Assembly: GCA_963708135.1 (NCBI GenBank)
Contig: OY970192.1
Coordinates: forward strand, 3,520,001-3,584,000
Reading direction: 5' to 3'
DNA length: 64,000 bases
DNA from: an uncultured Gemmatimonadales bacterium
GTDB lineage: Bacteria > Gemmatimonadota > Gemmatimonadetes > Longimicrobiales > RSA9
The translations under genes and the position numbers were made by a program. The stretch's first letter is position 1, and every line of letters begins with the position of its first letter. A model generated the notes under the pieces. It had not been told where the DNA came from, ran no database searches, and saw nothing but the letters and a program-made list of their open reading frames with translations. Below are positions 18,745 through 28,312 of the stretch, piece by piece.

Positions 18745-19269
18745 ATGAGAGGAAGGCATCGCGGCGGCTGGGCATGGCCGGGGTTCGGGCCCGGCGCGGG
18801 ACGAGGCAGCTTCTTTCAGGGGGGCGAAGTGCGGCTGGCGCTGCTGTCGCTGTTGTCGGACGGGCCGGCGCACGGCTACGAGCTGATGAAGAAGCTGGAG
18901 GCGCGCTCGGGCGGGGTGTACCGTGCGAGCGCGGGCACGGTGTATCCGGTGCTGCAGCAGCTCGAGGATGAGGGCCTGGCGGCGGTGGAGACGCAGGAGG
19001 GGAAGAAGGTCTACCGGATCACGGATACGGGGCGGGAGGAGCTCGGGCGGGAATCGGAGACGGTGGATCGGATCTGGCGGAGGGCGGAGCGGTGGGGGGA
19101 GTGGGGGAGCTGGATGGTGCCGGAGACGGCGGAGATTGCGGGCGCGGTGGGGCGGCTGGTGAAGTCGGCATTTCGCGCGGCGAGCCGGCTGGATGGGGAG
19201 GGTGTGGAGCGGGTGCGCGAAGTGCTGGACAAGGCGCGGCGGGAGCTGGATGGGCTGGGGCAAAGCTGA
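18745..19269 (+). CDS. PadR-family transcriptional regulator
   Basis: [46 protein letters not shown] 18745 after GGAG. Confidence 0.93.
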   Translation: MRGRHRGGWAWPGFGPGAGRGSFFQGGEVRLALLSLLSDGPAHGYELMKKLEARSGGVYRASAGTVYPVLQQLEDEGLAAVETQEGKKVYRITDTGREELGRESETVDRIWRRAERWGEWGSWMVPETAEIAGAVGRLVKSAFRAASRLDGEGVERVREVLDKARRELDGLGQS

Positions 19270-19345
19270 GGGTCCTGTGGAACGGGACGTGCAGCGGCTC
19301 GAGGCGCGCGGCGCGCGTACATCCACTCCAGGAGGCGGTCCTCCA

Positions 19346-19618
19346 ATGGCTCACACGACAGGGACGGTGAAGTGGTTCTCGCAGGACAAGGGGTACGGAT
19401 TCCTGCACCAGGAGAACGGCCCCGACGTATTCGTGCATCATACCGCGATCCAGGGAACCGGGTTCCGGACCCTGCAGGAAGGTGAGCGGGTTGAGTTCGA
19501 CGTGGTGGAGGAACCGAAGGGTCTAAAGGCGCAGAACGTGGTCCGTCTCGATGCGCCGGCGGCCGGTGCGGGGCAGCGGCCGGGCGGGGCGGGCATGGGC
19601 CGGCGGCCGGCGCCGTAG
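19346..19618 (+). CDS. Cold-shock domain protein with Gly/Arg/Pro tail
   Basis: GTVKWF, RNP1 KGYGFL, RNP2 [21 protein letters not shown] 19346 after AGGAGG. Confidence 0.95.
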   Translation: MAHTTGTVKWFSQDKGYGFLHQENGPDVFVHHTAIQGTGFRTLQEGERVEFDVVEEPKGLKAQNVVRLDAPAAGAGQRPGGAGMGRRPAP

Positions 19619-19848
19619 GGGCGTGGGCGGTGCCGGCGCGGGATGCAAGGGGACCGCGTCGGCGCCGCCGCCGCGCAAGTTCGTCTCGCGCCACGTGCTT
19701 TCGGCGAAACGGGCGAGTGGCGTAGCGCCCCGTGATTCAGTATCATGAGCGGTTGTCGCGGAGACCTCCTGGGGAATTCCGCGATGGGTGGCTGGAGATC
19801 ACCGCGGGTGCGCCCGTGCCGGGAGCGAGGAAAGCGGAGACAGCGGGT

Positions 19849-20088
19849 ATGGTGAAGCAGGAAGGCATCGAGATGGAGGGCGTGGTCACGGAAGTGCTTC
19901 CGGACCGCAACTATCGAGTGAAGCTGGAGAACGGGCACACCGTCCTGGCGTACGCGGCCGGGAAGATGTCGAAGTTCAAGATCCGCGTGCTGGTGGGCGA
20001 TCGGGTATCGATCGTCGTCTCGCCGTACGACCTTTCGCGCGGACGGATTACGTACCGCCACAAGGTGGGGGGCGGTCCGCCCAGCTGA
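19849..20088 (+). CDS. infA: Translation initiation factor IF-1 (divergent, probable second copy)
   Basis: [12 protein letters not shown]...VKLENGH..LA..AGKM...IRVLVGDRV...[13 protein letters not shown]. Confidence 0.95.
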   Translation: MVKQEGIEMEGVVTEVLPDRNYRVKLENGHTVLAYAAGKMSKFKIRVLVGDRVSIVVSPYDLSRGRITYRHKVGGGPPS

Positions 20089-20307
20089 CGCGGGGGTGCG
20101 GGCATAGAGGCGCCCGCGGCCCCCTGGCACGATCCATTCTCCGAACAACGCGCAGGACCTCCGCTGCACGCGGCGTGGCTGAACGCGTCGGGTGCGCGCG
20201 GGGTGGCGTCGCCCACTGACGACCGTTCTCTGCGCCGGGGCTCGCGACCTGCCGGTCCGGCAGCGACGAGCCCGATGACCATGACCACATCGAATCGAGA
20301 AGAGCGC

Positions 20308-21450
20308 GTGACAAAAGCGTCGACGTTGGGCGTTCTGGAAGTGCTGGGCAGCGGCGCCGGGTTCGTGCGGCGGCGGGAGGCGAACTACGTGCCGAGCGAC
20401 GCCGACATCTACGTGGCGCAGAAGCTGGTGCAGCGCTTCAACCTGCGCACCGGGGACGAGATCGCGGGGGAGGTGGGGAAGTCGCCGGGGCGGGGGAAGA
20501 GCCCGCCGCTCACGCGGCTGGTGGCGGTGAACGACCAGCCGCCGGAGTCGGTGACGCGGCGGTCGGACTTCACGCGCCTGTCGGCGCTGCACCCGAACCG
20601 GCAGCTGGTCCTGGAGTGCGGGCTGACACGGCGCGGACAGCCGGACTACACGAACCGGATCATCGACCTGTTCTGCCCGTTCGGGAAGGGGCAGCGGGCG
20701 TTGATCGTGGCGCCGGCGAAGGCGGGGAAGACGATGGTGCTGCAGGCGGTGGCGGAGGGGATCGTGAAGAACGATCCGGACTCGACGCTCCTGATCCTGC
20801 TGGTGGACGAGCGGCCGGAGGAAGTGACGGAGATGGAGGGGTGCGGCTTCGGCGAGGTGATCGCGTCGAGCTTCGACCGGCCGCCGGAGCAGCACATCAC
20901 GGTGGCGGAGATCACGCTGGAGCGGGCGCGGCGGCGTGCGGAGCTGGGCGAGGATGTGGTGATCATCCTGGACTCGATCACGCGGCTGGCACGGGCCTAC
21001 AACTCGGTCGAGCAGGGGACGGGGCGGACGCTGTCGGGCGGGCTGGATGCGAACGCGTTGGAGAAGCCGAAGCGGTTCCTGGGCAGCGCGCGCAACATCG
21101 ACCCCGGGCAGGGCGGCGGGTCGCTGACGATCGTGGCCACGGCGCTGGTGGACACGGGCTCGCGGATGGACCAGGTGATCTTCGAGGAGTTCAAGGGGAC
21201 GGGGAACAGCGAGCTGCTGCTTTCGCGCGAGCTGGCGGACCGGCGCATCTTCCCGGCGATCGATCTCATGGGGAGTGCAACGCGTCGGGAGGAGCTGCTG
21301 CTGTCGGAGCAGGCGCTGCGGGCGGCCACGCTGCTGCGGCGCCAGATCGCGTCGGCGTCGCCGGCGGACGCCATGCAGCAGGTGCTGGCGCTCATGAAGC
21401 AGACGTCGAGCAACGAAGAGCTGACGCGGAAGATGCTCGCGCTGGACTGA
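20308..21450 (+). CDS. rho: Transcription termination factor Rho, short form lacking the N-terminal helical domain
   Basis: GVLEV...DIYV...RFNLRTGD; PFGKGQR; APAKAGKT; LVDERPEEVT; LDSITRLARAYN; TALVDTGSRMD; EEFKGTGN. Start uncertain (GTG 20308, ATG 20275 or ATG 20281). Confidence 0.93.
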   Translation: MTKASTLGVLEVLGSGAGFVRRREANYVPSDADIYVAQKLVQRFNLRTGDEIAGEVGKSPGRGKSPPLTRLVAVNDQPPESVTRRSDFTRLSALHPNRQLVLECGLTRRGQPDYTNRIIDLFCPFGKGQRALIVAPAKAGKTMVLQAVAEGIVKNDPDSTLLILLVDERPEEVTEMEGCGFGEVIASSFDRPPEQHITVAEITLERARRRAELGEDVVIILDSITRLARAYNSVEQGTGRTLSGGLDANALEKPKRFLGSARNIDPGQGGGSLTIVATALVDTGSRMDQVIFEEFKGTGNSELLLSRELADRRIFPAIDLMGSATRREELLLSEQALRAATLLRRQIASASPADAMQQVLALMKQTSSNEELTRKMLALD

Positions 21451-21483
21451 GCGGCGGGGGTCTTGGGCGGCGGGCTCGACGCG

Positions 21484-21518
21484 ACGCCGCCCGGCACGCG
21501 TTCGCGGCCGGGCGGCGT
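21484..21518. terminator. GC hairpin between rho and the convergent small gene
   Basis: ACGCCGCCCGGC...GCCGGGCGGCGT, 12-bp stem. Confidence 0.55.
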
Positions 21519-21543
21519 TCGTCATCAGGGCGGCGGCCGGCGC

Positions 21544-21693
21544 TCAGAAGATGGCCCGGATCGCCCAGACGATGAGCATGATGATCGCGATGATCAGCAG
21601 CAGGTGGATCAGGGCGCTCGCGATGTGGAAGACGGCGAAGCCGAGCACCCACAGGATGAAGAGGATGATCGCGAGCCAGATCAGGACGCCCAT
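21544..21693 (-). CDS. Lmo0937/DUF5670-like small membrane protein (49 aa)
   Basis: MGVLIWLAIILFILWVLGFAVFHIASALIHLLLIIAIIMLIVWAIRAIF; ATG 21693 after GAGGAG. Confidence 0.85.
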   Translation of the reverse strand: MGVLIWLAIILFILWVLGFAVFHIASALIHLLLIIAIIMLIVWAIRAIF

Positions 21694-21738
21694 AGACGCT
21701 CCTCGTTGAGGTCGGGTACACCCCGCGGCGGGTGGTGG

Positions 21739-21754
21739 TTCAAGAACCGGGCCG
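21739..21754 (-). promoter_or_regulatory. Sigma-54-like promoter (variant -12)
   Basis: CGGCCCG-GTTC-TTGAA; -12 reads GA instead of GC. Confidence 0.4.
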
Positions 21755-21822
21755 CCAGTGCGCTGTTGCGCAGCGGGGATTCGGCCGGGCGCGGGGCTTT
21801 CCGTGGTGCGGCGGGAGACGAA

Positions 21823-21853
21823 GCCGCCGCCCGGCACGAACCCGGGCGGCGGC
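21823..21853 (-). terminator. Terminator-like hairpin after the porin gene
   Basis: GCCGCCGCCCGG-N7-CCGGGCGGCGGC, followed on the minus strand by TTCGTCT. Confidence 0.6.
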
Positions 21854-21879
21854 GCGCACACCGGCGGCGTGGCTGATGG

Positions 21880-22902
21880 CTAGAAGGTGAACTGCGTCTG
21901 GAAGAGCGCGGTGGAGCGCTGTGCGGCGGCGGAAGCGGACGGCGCCGCTCCCTGGTAGCTCATGTGATCGTAGTCGGCGAGCAGCACGACGTTGGTGCCG
22001 AGCTTGTAGGAGATGCCCCCGATGAAGTGGGTCTGGCGGTCGGTGTCGACACCGGTGTTCGGGTCCACGGAATCGACTCGTGCGATGAAGCCCACGTTCG
22101 ATCCGGGCACGTTCAGCACGCCGAAGATGCTGAAGAGCTGACCGCTCACGTCGGCGATCGTCGGATCGGCGACGCCATCGGTGCGGCGCGCATAGTCGCC
22201 CGCGAGCGTGAGCAGCTTGGACTTGTACGAGAGCTCGCCGAGGAAGCGGTTGCGCGCGCCGCCACCGGTGCGGGCGCCCAGGTGGGCGAAGCCGGTGACG
22301 CGCAGGCCGCCGCGGCTGCCGCCGTCATCGGTCGGGACGAGGCGGACCGAGAGGCGGGCGGCCACGTCCTTGTGGCTGTCCCCCTCCCCCGAGTGATATC
22401 CCTCACCGTTGGTGATAGAGAGTTCGCCATTGACCTGCTCCTTGTTCCAGGAACCGTCGATGGCGGCGCCGAGGTCTGAGGAGGTCAGGTAGCCGAACTT
22501 GTCCACGGCCACGGGCCCCTGCATGCGGTAACCCCAGAGCCCCTCCTGCCAGTCGATGAAGGGGGTGGTGAGCTGGCCGAAGCGGAAGTCGACGGGGCTG
22601 TTCTCCGGCTTCCAGGCGAACCAGGCGTACTTGAGGCGGAAGTTCAGCGAGCCGTTGGCGTCGCGGTAGATGTCGGGGGTGACGCGCGTGGTGATCCCGT
22701 GGTCGAACTTGCCGATCACGTTGATGTAGGCGCGGGTCACGTCGAAGCCGTTGTCGTTGTGCGAGGAGTCCGCGAGCTGCAGAGCATACTGGGCGAAGGA
22801 AACGCCGCCCACCGTGACCTGCTGCGCCCGCAGCCCCGTGGCGGCGACCGCCGAGAGGGTGAGGGCCGCACCGACCGTCAACAGCCGCCGTGCCGTGTTC
22901 AT
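21880..22902 (-). CDS. Outer-membrane porin, probably phosphate-selective (OprO/P-like)
   Basis: Signal peptide, FDVTRAYIN, RLKYAW, amphipathic strands, C-terminal Phe; lies beside pstS. Confidence 0.75.
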   Translation of the reverse strand: MNTARRLLTVGAALTLSAVAATGLRAQQVTVGGVSFAQYALQLADSSHNDNGFDVTRAYINVIGKFDHGITTRVTPDIYRDANGSLNFRLKYAWFAWKPENSPVDFRFGQLTTPFIDWQEGLWGYRMQGPVAVDKFGYLTSSDLGAAIDGSWNKEQVNGELSITNGEGYHSGEGDSHKDVAARLSVRLVPTDDGGSRGGLRVTGFAHLGARTGGGARNRFLGELSYKSKLLTLAGDYARRTDGVADPTIADVSGQLFSIFGVLNVPGSNVGFIARVDSVDPNTGVDTDRQTHFIGGISYKLGTNVVLLADYDHMSYQGAAPSASAAAQRSTALFQTQFTF

Positions 22903-22977
22903 TGCGGGTACGTCCTTTGTTGAAAGGGGTCGCGAGGACTCAGTCGTGCCATACGGCGGGAGATTTAAGCGGTGCGC

Positions 22978-23016
22978 GTCACGGGCCGATGGGTGGTTTC
23001 GTAACGGCGGGGTAAA
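22978..23016 (-). promoter_or_regulatory. Pho-box-like repeats upstream of the porin
   Basis: Plus-strand GTCAC 22978, GTAAC 23001, GTAAA 23012 (last two 11 bp apart). Confidence 0.45.
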
Positions 23017-23073
23017 GGGCTCGGTCGAAGCGGCTCGCTGATCCGGCGGTTCCCTGGACCGTCACGAGACATG

Positions 23074-23110
23074 GGATGGCCCCGGGCGGCGTTGCCGTCC
23101 GGGGCCATCC
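23074..23110. terminator. 17-bp stem-loop downstream of pstS
   Basis: GGATGGCCCCGGGCGGC-GTT-GCCGTCCGGGGCCATCC. Confidence 0.55.
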
Positions 23111-23166
23111 GCTGCGCCCGCGCCGCGCAGGACGCGGCCCGGCGCGAGCGCGCTCGGCGCGGGCGG

Positions 23167-24270
23167 CTAGCGGGCGGCGGACGCGATCTGGACCTTCTGG
23201 TTGAGCTGGGCGAGCTCCATCTTAACCATGTTGTCGGGCAGCGGCGCGTAGTCGAGGGAGGGCGAGGTCTTCTGGCCCTCGGTGAGGATCCACCGGGTGA
23301 GGTCCTGGAGGTTCTTGGCCTTGGCCTGGTCCTTCTGGTTCGTGTACAGGATGATCCAGGAGAAGGAGGCGATCGGATAGGCATCGCGGCCGGGCGCGTT
23401 CACGATCGAGATGCGGAAATCCGTGGTGGGCGGCAGCGTCCCGGCGACGCCGGCGGCGGCCGCGGTCGTCCCCTCCTCGGTGGGCGGCAGGAAGACGCCC
23501 GAGGAGTTCTGGAGCAGCGAGACGGGCAGGTCGTTCTGCTTGGCGTACGCGAGCTCGACGTAGCCAATGGCACCGGGCGTCTGCTTGACCTGTCCCGTCA
23601 CGCCCTCGTTGCCCTTGCCGCCGAGGCCGACCGGCCACTGGACATCCTTGCCCGTCCCCGGACCGCTCTTCCATGCCGGGCTGACGTGGGAAAGGTAGTC
23701 GGTGACAATGTAGGTGGTACCGCTGCCATCGGAACGGTGCACGACGAGGATGTCGGTGGCGGGCAGCTTGACGCCCGGGTTGAGCCTCGTGAGCTGCGGG
23801 TCGTTCCACTTGGTGATCCTGCCCAGGTAGATGTCGGCGAGGACGGGCCCGGTGAGGCGAACCTGCTTCTGCACATCGGGCAGGTTGTACGTGATCGCGA
23901 CGGCGCCGATCACGACGGGGAGCTGGAGCACCGGACCCTGCGCCTTCGCGATCTCGGCATCGCTCATCGGGGCATCGGAGGCGGCGAAGTCCACGGTTCC
24001 CTCGCTCAGCTGGCGGATCCCACCGCCGGAACCGATCGACTGGTAGTTGACCTTCACGCCCGTCTGCTGCGCATAGTCGTAGAACCACTTCTGGAAGGCG
24101 GGCTTGTCGAAGCTCGAGCCCGCGCCGGTGAGGGCCGCGCCCCCTCCCGCGCCCCCCCCCGTCTCGGCCGCCTGGGGCGTGCCCGCCGCCGGCTGCTGCG
24201 TACCGTTGTCACCTCCGCCGCAGCCCGCGGCCAGCGCGGCCGCGGCCGCGAGCCAGATCACCCGTTTCAT
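23167..24270 (-). CDS. pstS: Phosphate ABC transporter substrate-binding lipoprotein
   Basis: Lipobox LAAGC; GAGSSF; YQSIGSGGG; DFAASD; HRSDGSGTT; GKGNEGV; IGYVE; AYPI. Confidence 0.97.
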   Translation of the reverse strand: MKRVIWLAAAAALAAGCGGGDNGTQQPAAGTPQAAETGGGAGGGAALTGAGSSFDKPAFQKWFYDYAQQTGVKVNYQSIGSGGGIRQLSEGTVDFAASDAPMSDAEIAKAQGPVLQLPVVIGAVAITYNLPDVQKQVRLTGPVLADIYLGRITKWNDPQLTRLNPGVKLPATDILVVHRSDGSGTTYIVTDYLSHVSPAWKSGPGTGKDVQWPVGLGGKGNEGVTGQVKQTPGAIGYVELAYAKQNDLPVSLLQNSSGVFLPPTEEGTTAAAAGVAGTLPPTTDFRISIVNAPGRDAYPIASFSWIILYTNQKDQAKAKNLQDLTRWILTEGQKTSPSLDYAPLPDNMVKMELAQLNQKVQIASAAR

Positions 24271-24416
24271 GTGTGCTCCTCCTCCATCGGTGGATTGGGC
24301 GCCCCCGCTGTCGGCCTGCGAGAGTCGCGCCAGCGCCGGGTCGCGTACCGCCGCCGCCCCGGGCGAGCGGCGCGGGAAGGGCGCCGCCGCATTGTCATGC
24401 AGAGTATTGGGGGGGT

Positions 24417-24454
24417 GTAACGCGGTCCGGGGTGCGCCGTAACGATCGGGTCAC
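24417..24454 (-). promoter_or_regulatory. Pho-box-like repeats upstream of pstS
   Basis: Plus-strand GTAAC 24417, GTAAC 24439, GTCAC 24450, in an 11-bp register. Confidence 0.55.
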
Positions 24455-24517
24455 GGGGAGGCGCAGACGCAGGCGATAGGCGCAGACGGGGCCGGCGGGG
24501 CGCGGAGGTGCCGGGGC

Positions 24518-25330
24518 TCAGCCGAAGCGGCCGGTGATGTAGGCTTCGGTGCGGGGATCGCGGGGCCGGGTGAAGAGCTCGTCGGTGGGGGAGAGCTCGA
24601 CGAGCTCGCCGGTGAGGAAGAAGGCGGTGCGGTCGGAGACGCGGGCGGCCTGCTGCATGTTGTGCGTCACGAGGACGACGGTGATGTCTTCACGGAGCTG
24701 GTGGACGAGCTCCTCGACCTTCTCGGTGCTGATCGGATCCAGCGAGGCGGTAGGCTCGTCGAGCAGCAGCACCTGTGGGTCGATCGCAAGCGCTCGTGCG
24801 ATGCAGAGGCGCTGCTGCTGGCCACCGGAGAGCCCGAGAGCGCTCTCGTCGAGACGGTCCCTGACCTCGTCCCAGAGTGCCGCGCGGCGAAGCGCCTCCT
24901 CGACGCGGGCTTCGGGGTCGGCGGGCACGGCATCGCCCTGGAGGACGCGCAGCCCGGCGGCCACGTTGCCGCGGACCGACATGGTGGGAAACGCCGTCGG
25001 CCGCTGGAAGACCATGCCGATGTGGCGGCGCACGGCGACCGGGTCCACGCCGGGATCATAGATGTCGCTTCCGTCGAGAAGAACCTTGCCCTCGACCCGT
25101 GCGGTGGGGACGGTCTCGTGAAGGCGGTTGAGGCAGCGGAGGAACGTCGACTTGCCGCAGCCGGAGGGGCCGATCACGGCGGTGACGTGCTGCTCGGGGA
25201 GCCGCATCGAGACGTCCTTCACCGCGTGCACGCGGCCGAAGTAGGCGTTCAGCCCCTGGACCTCGAGGTGGGCCGCGGGCTCCGGGCCCCCGGAGCCGGC
25301 GCGCGGCGGCGTCGCCTCAGTCCACGCCAC
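24518..25330 (-). CDS. pstB: Phosphate ABC transporter ATPase
   Basis: [55 protein letters not shown] start overlapping the pstA stop is tentative. Confidence 0.95.
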   Translation of the reverse strand: MAWTEATPPRAGSGGPEPAAHLEVQGLNAYFGRVHAVKDVSMRLPEQHVTAVIGPSGCGKSTFLRCLNRLHETVPTARVEGKVLLDGSDIYDPGVDPVAVRRHIGMVFQRPTAFPTMSVRGNVAAGLRVLQGDAVPADPEARVEEALRRAALWDEVRDRLDESALGLSGGQQQRLCIARALAIDPQVLLLDEPTASLDPISTEKVEELVHQLREDITVVLVTHNMQQAARVSDRTAFFLTGELVELSPTDELFTRPRDPRTEAYITGRFG

Positions 25331-26171
25331 GGGCGAATCCGCTGCGGGTGACGGCACGGGCGATGATGCTGATGGCGAGCACGAGGGCGATGAGCACGAG
25401 GGAGCCGGCCCAGGCCTGGGCGTGCCATTCGTCGTAGGGGCTGATGGCGTAGTCGAAGATCTGGAGCGGCAGGGCGGCGGTCGGCTGGTTGAGCGACAGC
25501 GACCAGAACTGGTTGCCGAACGTGGTGAAGAGGAGCGGGGCGGTCTCACCGGCGATGCGCGCCACGGCCACGAGGGTGCCGGTGATGATTCCGGCCATGG
25601 CGGTCGGCAGCACGACGCGGAGCGAGGTGCGCCAGCGCGTGTAGCCGAGGGCGAGGGCGGCCTCGTGCAGGGTGTTGGGAACGAGGCGCACCATCTCCTC
25701 GGTGGTGCGCGTGACCATCGGGATCATCATGGCGCCGAGGGCGAACCCGCCCGCCAGCGCCGAGAAGTGGCCCATCGGCACGACGAGCAGCTCCCAGGCG
25801 AAGATGCCCATGACGATCGAGGGCAGCCCGTTCAGCACGTCGGCTAGGAAGCGGACGACCACGGCGAGCGGCGTAGCCTTCTTCTCGGCCAGGTACATGC
25901 CGGCGCCGATGCCGACGGGCACGCCCACGGCGCTGGCCACGGCCACGATGATCACCGTCCCGACGATGGCGTTGGCCATGCCGCCGCCCGGGACGCCCAC
26001 GGGATGGGGCGGGTGGATGAAGAAGCTCAGGTCGATGGCGCCGATCCCCTTCTCGAGCAGGTAGAAGAGGATGAAGAGCAGCGGCAGCGTGGTGATGCCG
26101 GCCGCCACCCAGGTGAGGCCGATCATGAAGGCGCTGCGCGCCCGGCGCGCCCGCGAGGTCCGGAGCCTCAC
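25317..26171 (-). CDS. pstA: Phosphate ABC transporter permease
   Basis: [50 protein letters not shown] overlap with pstC. Confidence 0.95.
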   Translation of the reverse strand: MRLRTSRARRARSAFMIGLTWVAAGITTLPLLFILFYLLEKGIGAIDLSFFIHPPHPVGVPGGGMANAIVGTVIIVAVASAVGVPVGIGAGMYLAEKKATPLAVVVRFLADVLNGLPSIVMGIFAWELLVVPMGHFSALAGGFALGAMMIPMVTRTTEEMVRLVPNTLHEAALALGYTRWRTSLRVVLPTAMAGIITGTLVAVARIAGETAPLLFTTFGNQFWSLSLNQPTAALPLQIFDYAISPYDEWHAQAWAGSLVLIALVLAISIIARAVTRSGFARGVD

Positions 26172-27169
26172 GCGGTTCCCGTGCGGGAGGTGCGCCAGAC
26201 GAGCCAGCGCGCGAAGCCGTTCACGATCAGCGTGATGACGAAGAGCACGAAGCCCACGGCCATCAGCGCCGAGAGCTGGAGGTTCCCCGTGGCCTCGCTG
26301 AACTGGTTGGCGATCAGCGAGGCCATGGTATAGCCGGGGGCGAAGAGGGACGCGGCGATCTCCTGCCGGTTCCCGATCACCATGGTCACGGCCATGGTCT
26401 CGCCCAGTGCGCGGCCGAGCCCGAGGATCACACCGCCGGCGATCCCGGAGCGCGCGAAGGGGAGCACGGCCCCGCGGATCATCTCCCAGCGCGTCGCGCC
26501 CAGCGCGAGCGCCGCCTCCCGCTGCGAGCGCGGCACGGCCATGAGCACCTCGCGCGAGACCGCCGAGATGTAGGGCAGGATCATGATGGCCAGGATCACC
26601 CCCGCCGCGAGCATGCTGGGGCCGTAGGCCGGGCCGCTGAAGAACGGGGTCGCGCCCAGGTGCAGCGTGTCGCGCAGGAACGGCATCACGTCTGCGCGGA
26701 GGAACGGGACCAGCACGAAGATCCCCCACAGCCCGTAGACGACGCTCGGAATCGCCGCGAGCAGATCCACCAGGAACGCCACCGGCCGCTGCAGCCATGC
26801 CGGCGCGAACTCGGACAGGAAGATCGCGACGCCCAGCGCGAGCGGCGTGGCGAACGCAAGCGCCAGGAACGAGGAGACAAGGGTGCCGTAGATCGCGGGG
26901 GCGGCGCCGTACTGGTTGGCGTTCGGGTCCCACGCGCTGGAGGCGAGGAAGGAGAGCCCGAAGGTGCGCAGCGCGAGCAGCGCGGCCGCGAACACGACGC
27001 CCGCGATAACCAGCAGCAGCACGGGCACGCAGAGCGCGAAGCCCGTGATGGCCGCGGCATAGATGCGGTCCCCTACGCCACCGCCGTGGATGTGCGCGCG
27101 GCCGCGTCCTCCGCGCCCGGGCGGCGCGGCCGCCCCGGCGAACGTTCCGTACCCCTCTGCCTCAGGCAT
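26168..27169 (-). CDS. pstC: Phosphate ABC transporter permease
   Basis: WDP, IYGTLVSS, LLAAIPSVVYGLWG, EAALALGATRWE, GRALGETMAV. Start moved downstream of the Pho-box-like array. Confidence 0.95.
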   Translation of the reverse strand: MPEAEGYGTFAGAAAPPGRGGRGRAHIHGGGVGDRIYAAAITGFALCVPVLLLVIAGVVFAAALLALRTFGLSFLASSAWDPNANQYGAAPAIYGTLVSSFLALAFATPLALGVAIFLSEFAPAWLQRPVAFLVDLLAAIPSVVYGLWGIFVLVPFLRADVMPFLRDTLHLGATPFFSGPAYGPSMLAAGVILAIMILPYISAVSREVLMAVPRSQREAALALGATRWEMIRGAVLPFARSGIAGGVILGLGRALGETMAVTMVIGNRQEIAASLFAPGYTMASLIANQFSEATGNLQLSALMAVGFVLFVITLIVNGFARWLVWRTSRTGTA

Positions 27170-27192
27170 CGGGTGGTAATCTGCGGTGGCAT

Positions 27193-27230
27193 GTAGCGGT
27201 TCGGTCAGCGGCGTGTAACGGAAAGGTATC
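27193..27230 (-). promoter_or_regulatory. Four Pho-box-like units in exact 11-bp register upstream of pstC
   Basis: Plus-strand GTAGC 27193, GTCAG 27204, GTAAC 27215, GTATC 27226. Confidence 0.6.
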
Positions 27231-27322
27231 GAAGCGCCGGCTCGCGGAAGGGCGCGGCGCGGGCGCGGCGCGCGGCGCGCTCGTCCGGTCTCGCCGCGGG
27301 CTGGTCCGCGGGTGCCGGCGGC

Positions 27323-27338
27323 GGGCACCCCCCATGCT
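27323..27338 (+). promoter_or_regulatory. Sigma-54-type promoter for the esterase-family gene
   Basis: GGGCACC-CCCC-ATGCT (GG-N10-GC). Confidence 0.45.
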
Positions 27339-27393
27339 CCAGGTCCTTTGAGGATAGCGTGATGCCACCGCACGTACCGGGGGGGAGGGAATC

Positions 27394-28260
27394 ATGCCGC
27401 AGGCCGCCTCCATGACCGTGGACGAGCTGCTGGCGGATGCCGCTCGGCGGCTCGGCGGCGGACTACGATCCGCTGCTCGAGGACATCGGCGATGCGCGCG
27501 TGGTGTGTCTCGGCGAGGCGACTCACGGGACCCACGAGTTCTACCGGGAGCGGGCGGCGCTGACCCGCCGGCTGATCGAGGAGCGTGGCTTCACGGTGGT
27601 GGCGGTGGAGGCGGACTGGCCGGACGCCTACGCGGTGAACCGGTGGGTCCGGGGCGAGAGCGACGCGAGGGATGCGGATGCGGCGCTCGGCGGCTTCAAG
27701 CGGTTTCCCACGTGGATGTGGCGGAACCGCGACGTGCTGTCGTTCGTGGAGTGGCAGCGCGCGTACAACCGGGCGCTTCCGGCCGGCGCGCGGCGGGTGG
27801 GCTTCTACGGTCTGGACCTCTACTCGCTGTTCACCTCGATCCGCGCGGTGCTGGAGTACCTGGACGAGACGGACCCGGAGGCGGCAGTCCGTGCTCGCTA
27901 CCGCTATGGCTGCTTCGACCATGCGGCGGAGGACGCGCAGGCGTACGGCTACGCGGCGGAGCTGGGGCTCTCGCCGTCGTGCGAGCGGGAGGCCGTGCAG
28001 CAGCTGGTGGAGCTCCGGCGTCGCGCCGCGAAGGCCGCCGGGACGCGGCGGAGGCGCTGGGCGACGCGCTGCTGGAGCGCGCGATCGGCGTGATCTACCT
28101 GCCGCGGACCGAGCGCGTCAGCCACTACTTCCGCGCCCGGCTGGGGGAGCAGTTCGATGGGCTCGTCCACTTCGACGAGACGCGCGCGGTCGAGCCCCTC
28201 GAGCGCAACCCCGAGTGGACCTCGCCCGAGCCGCCGGAGACGTTCCCCACGGGCATCTGA
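27394..28260 (+). pseudogene. Erythromycin-esterase-family gene with two frameshifts and an internal deletion
   Basis: Frame of ORF 27437 gives [54 protein letters not shown]. Frame of ORF 27394 gives the N-terminus and the tail [40 protein letters not shown]. The central WN.RD/WAHNSH block is absent. Confidence 0.8.
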
Positions 28261-28312
28261 GCGCCGCTCCCGCGGAGCCTTCCCGGGGCACACCCCGGAC
28301 GCCGGCCGCCGG

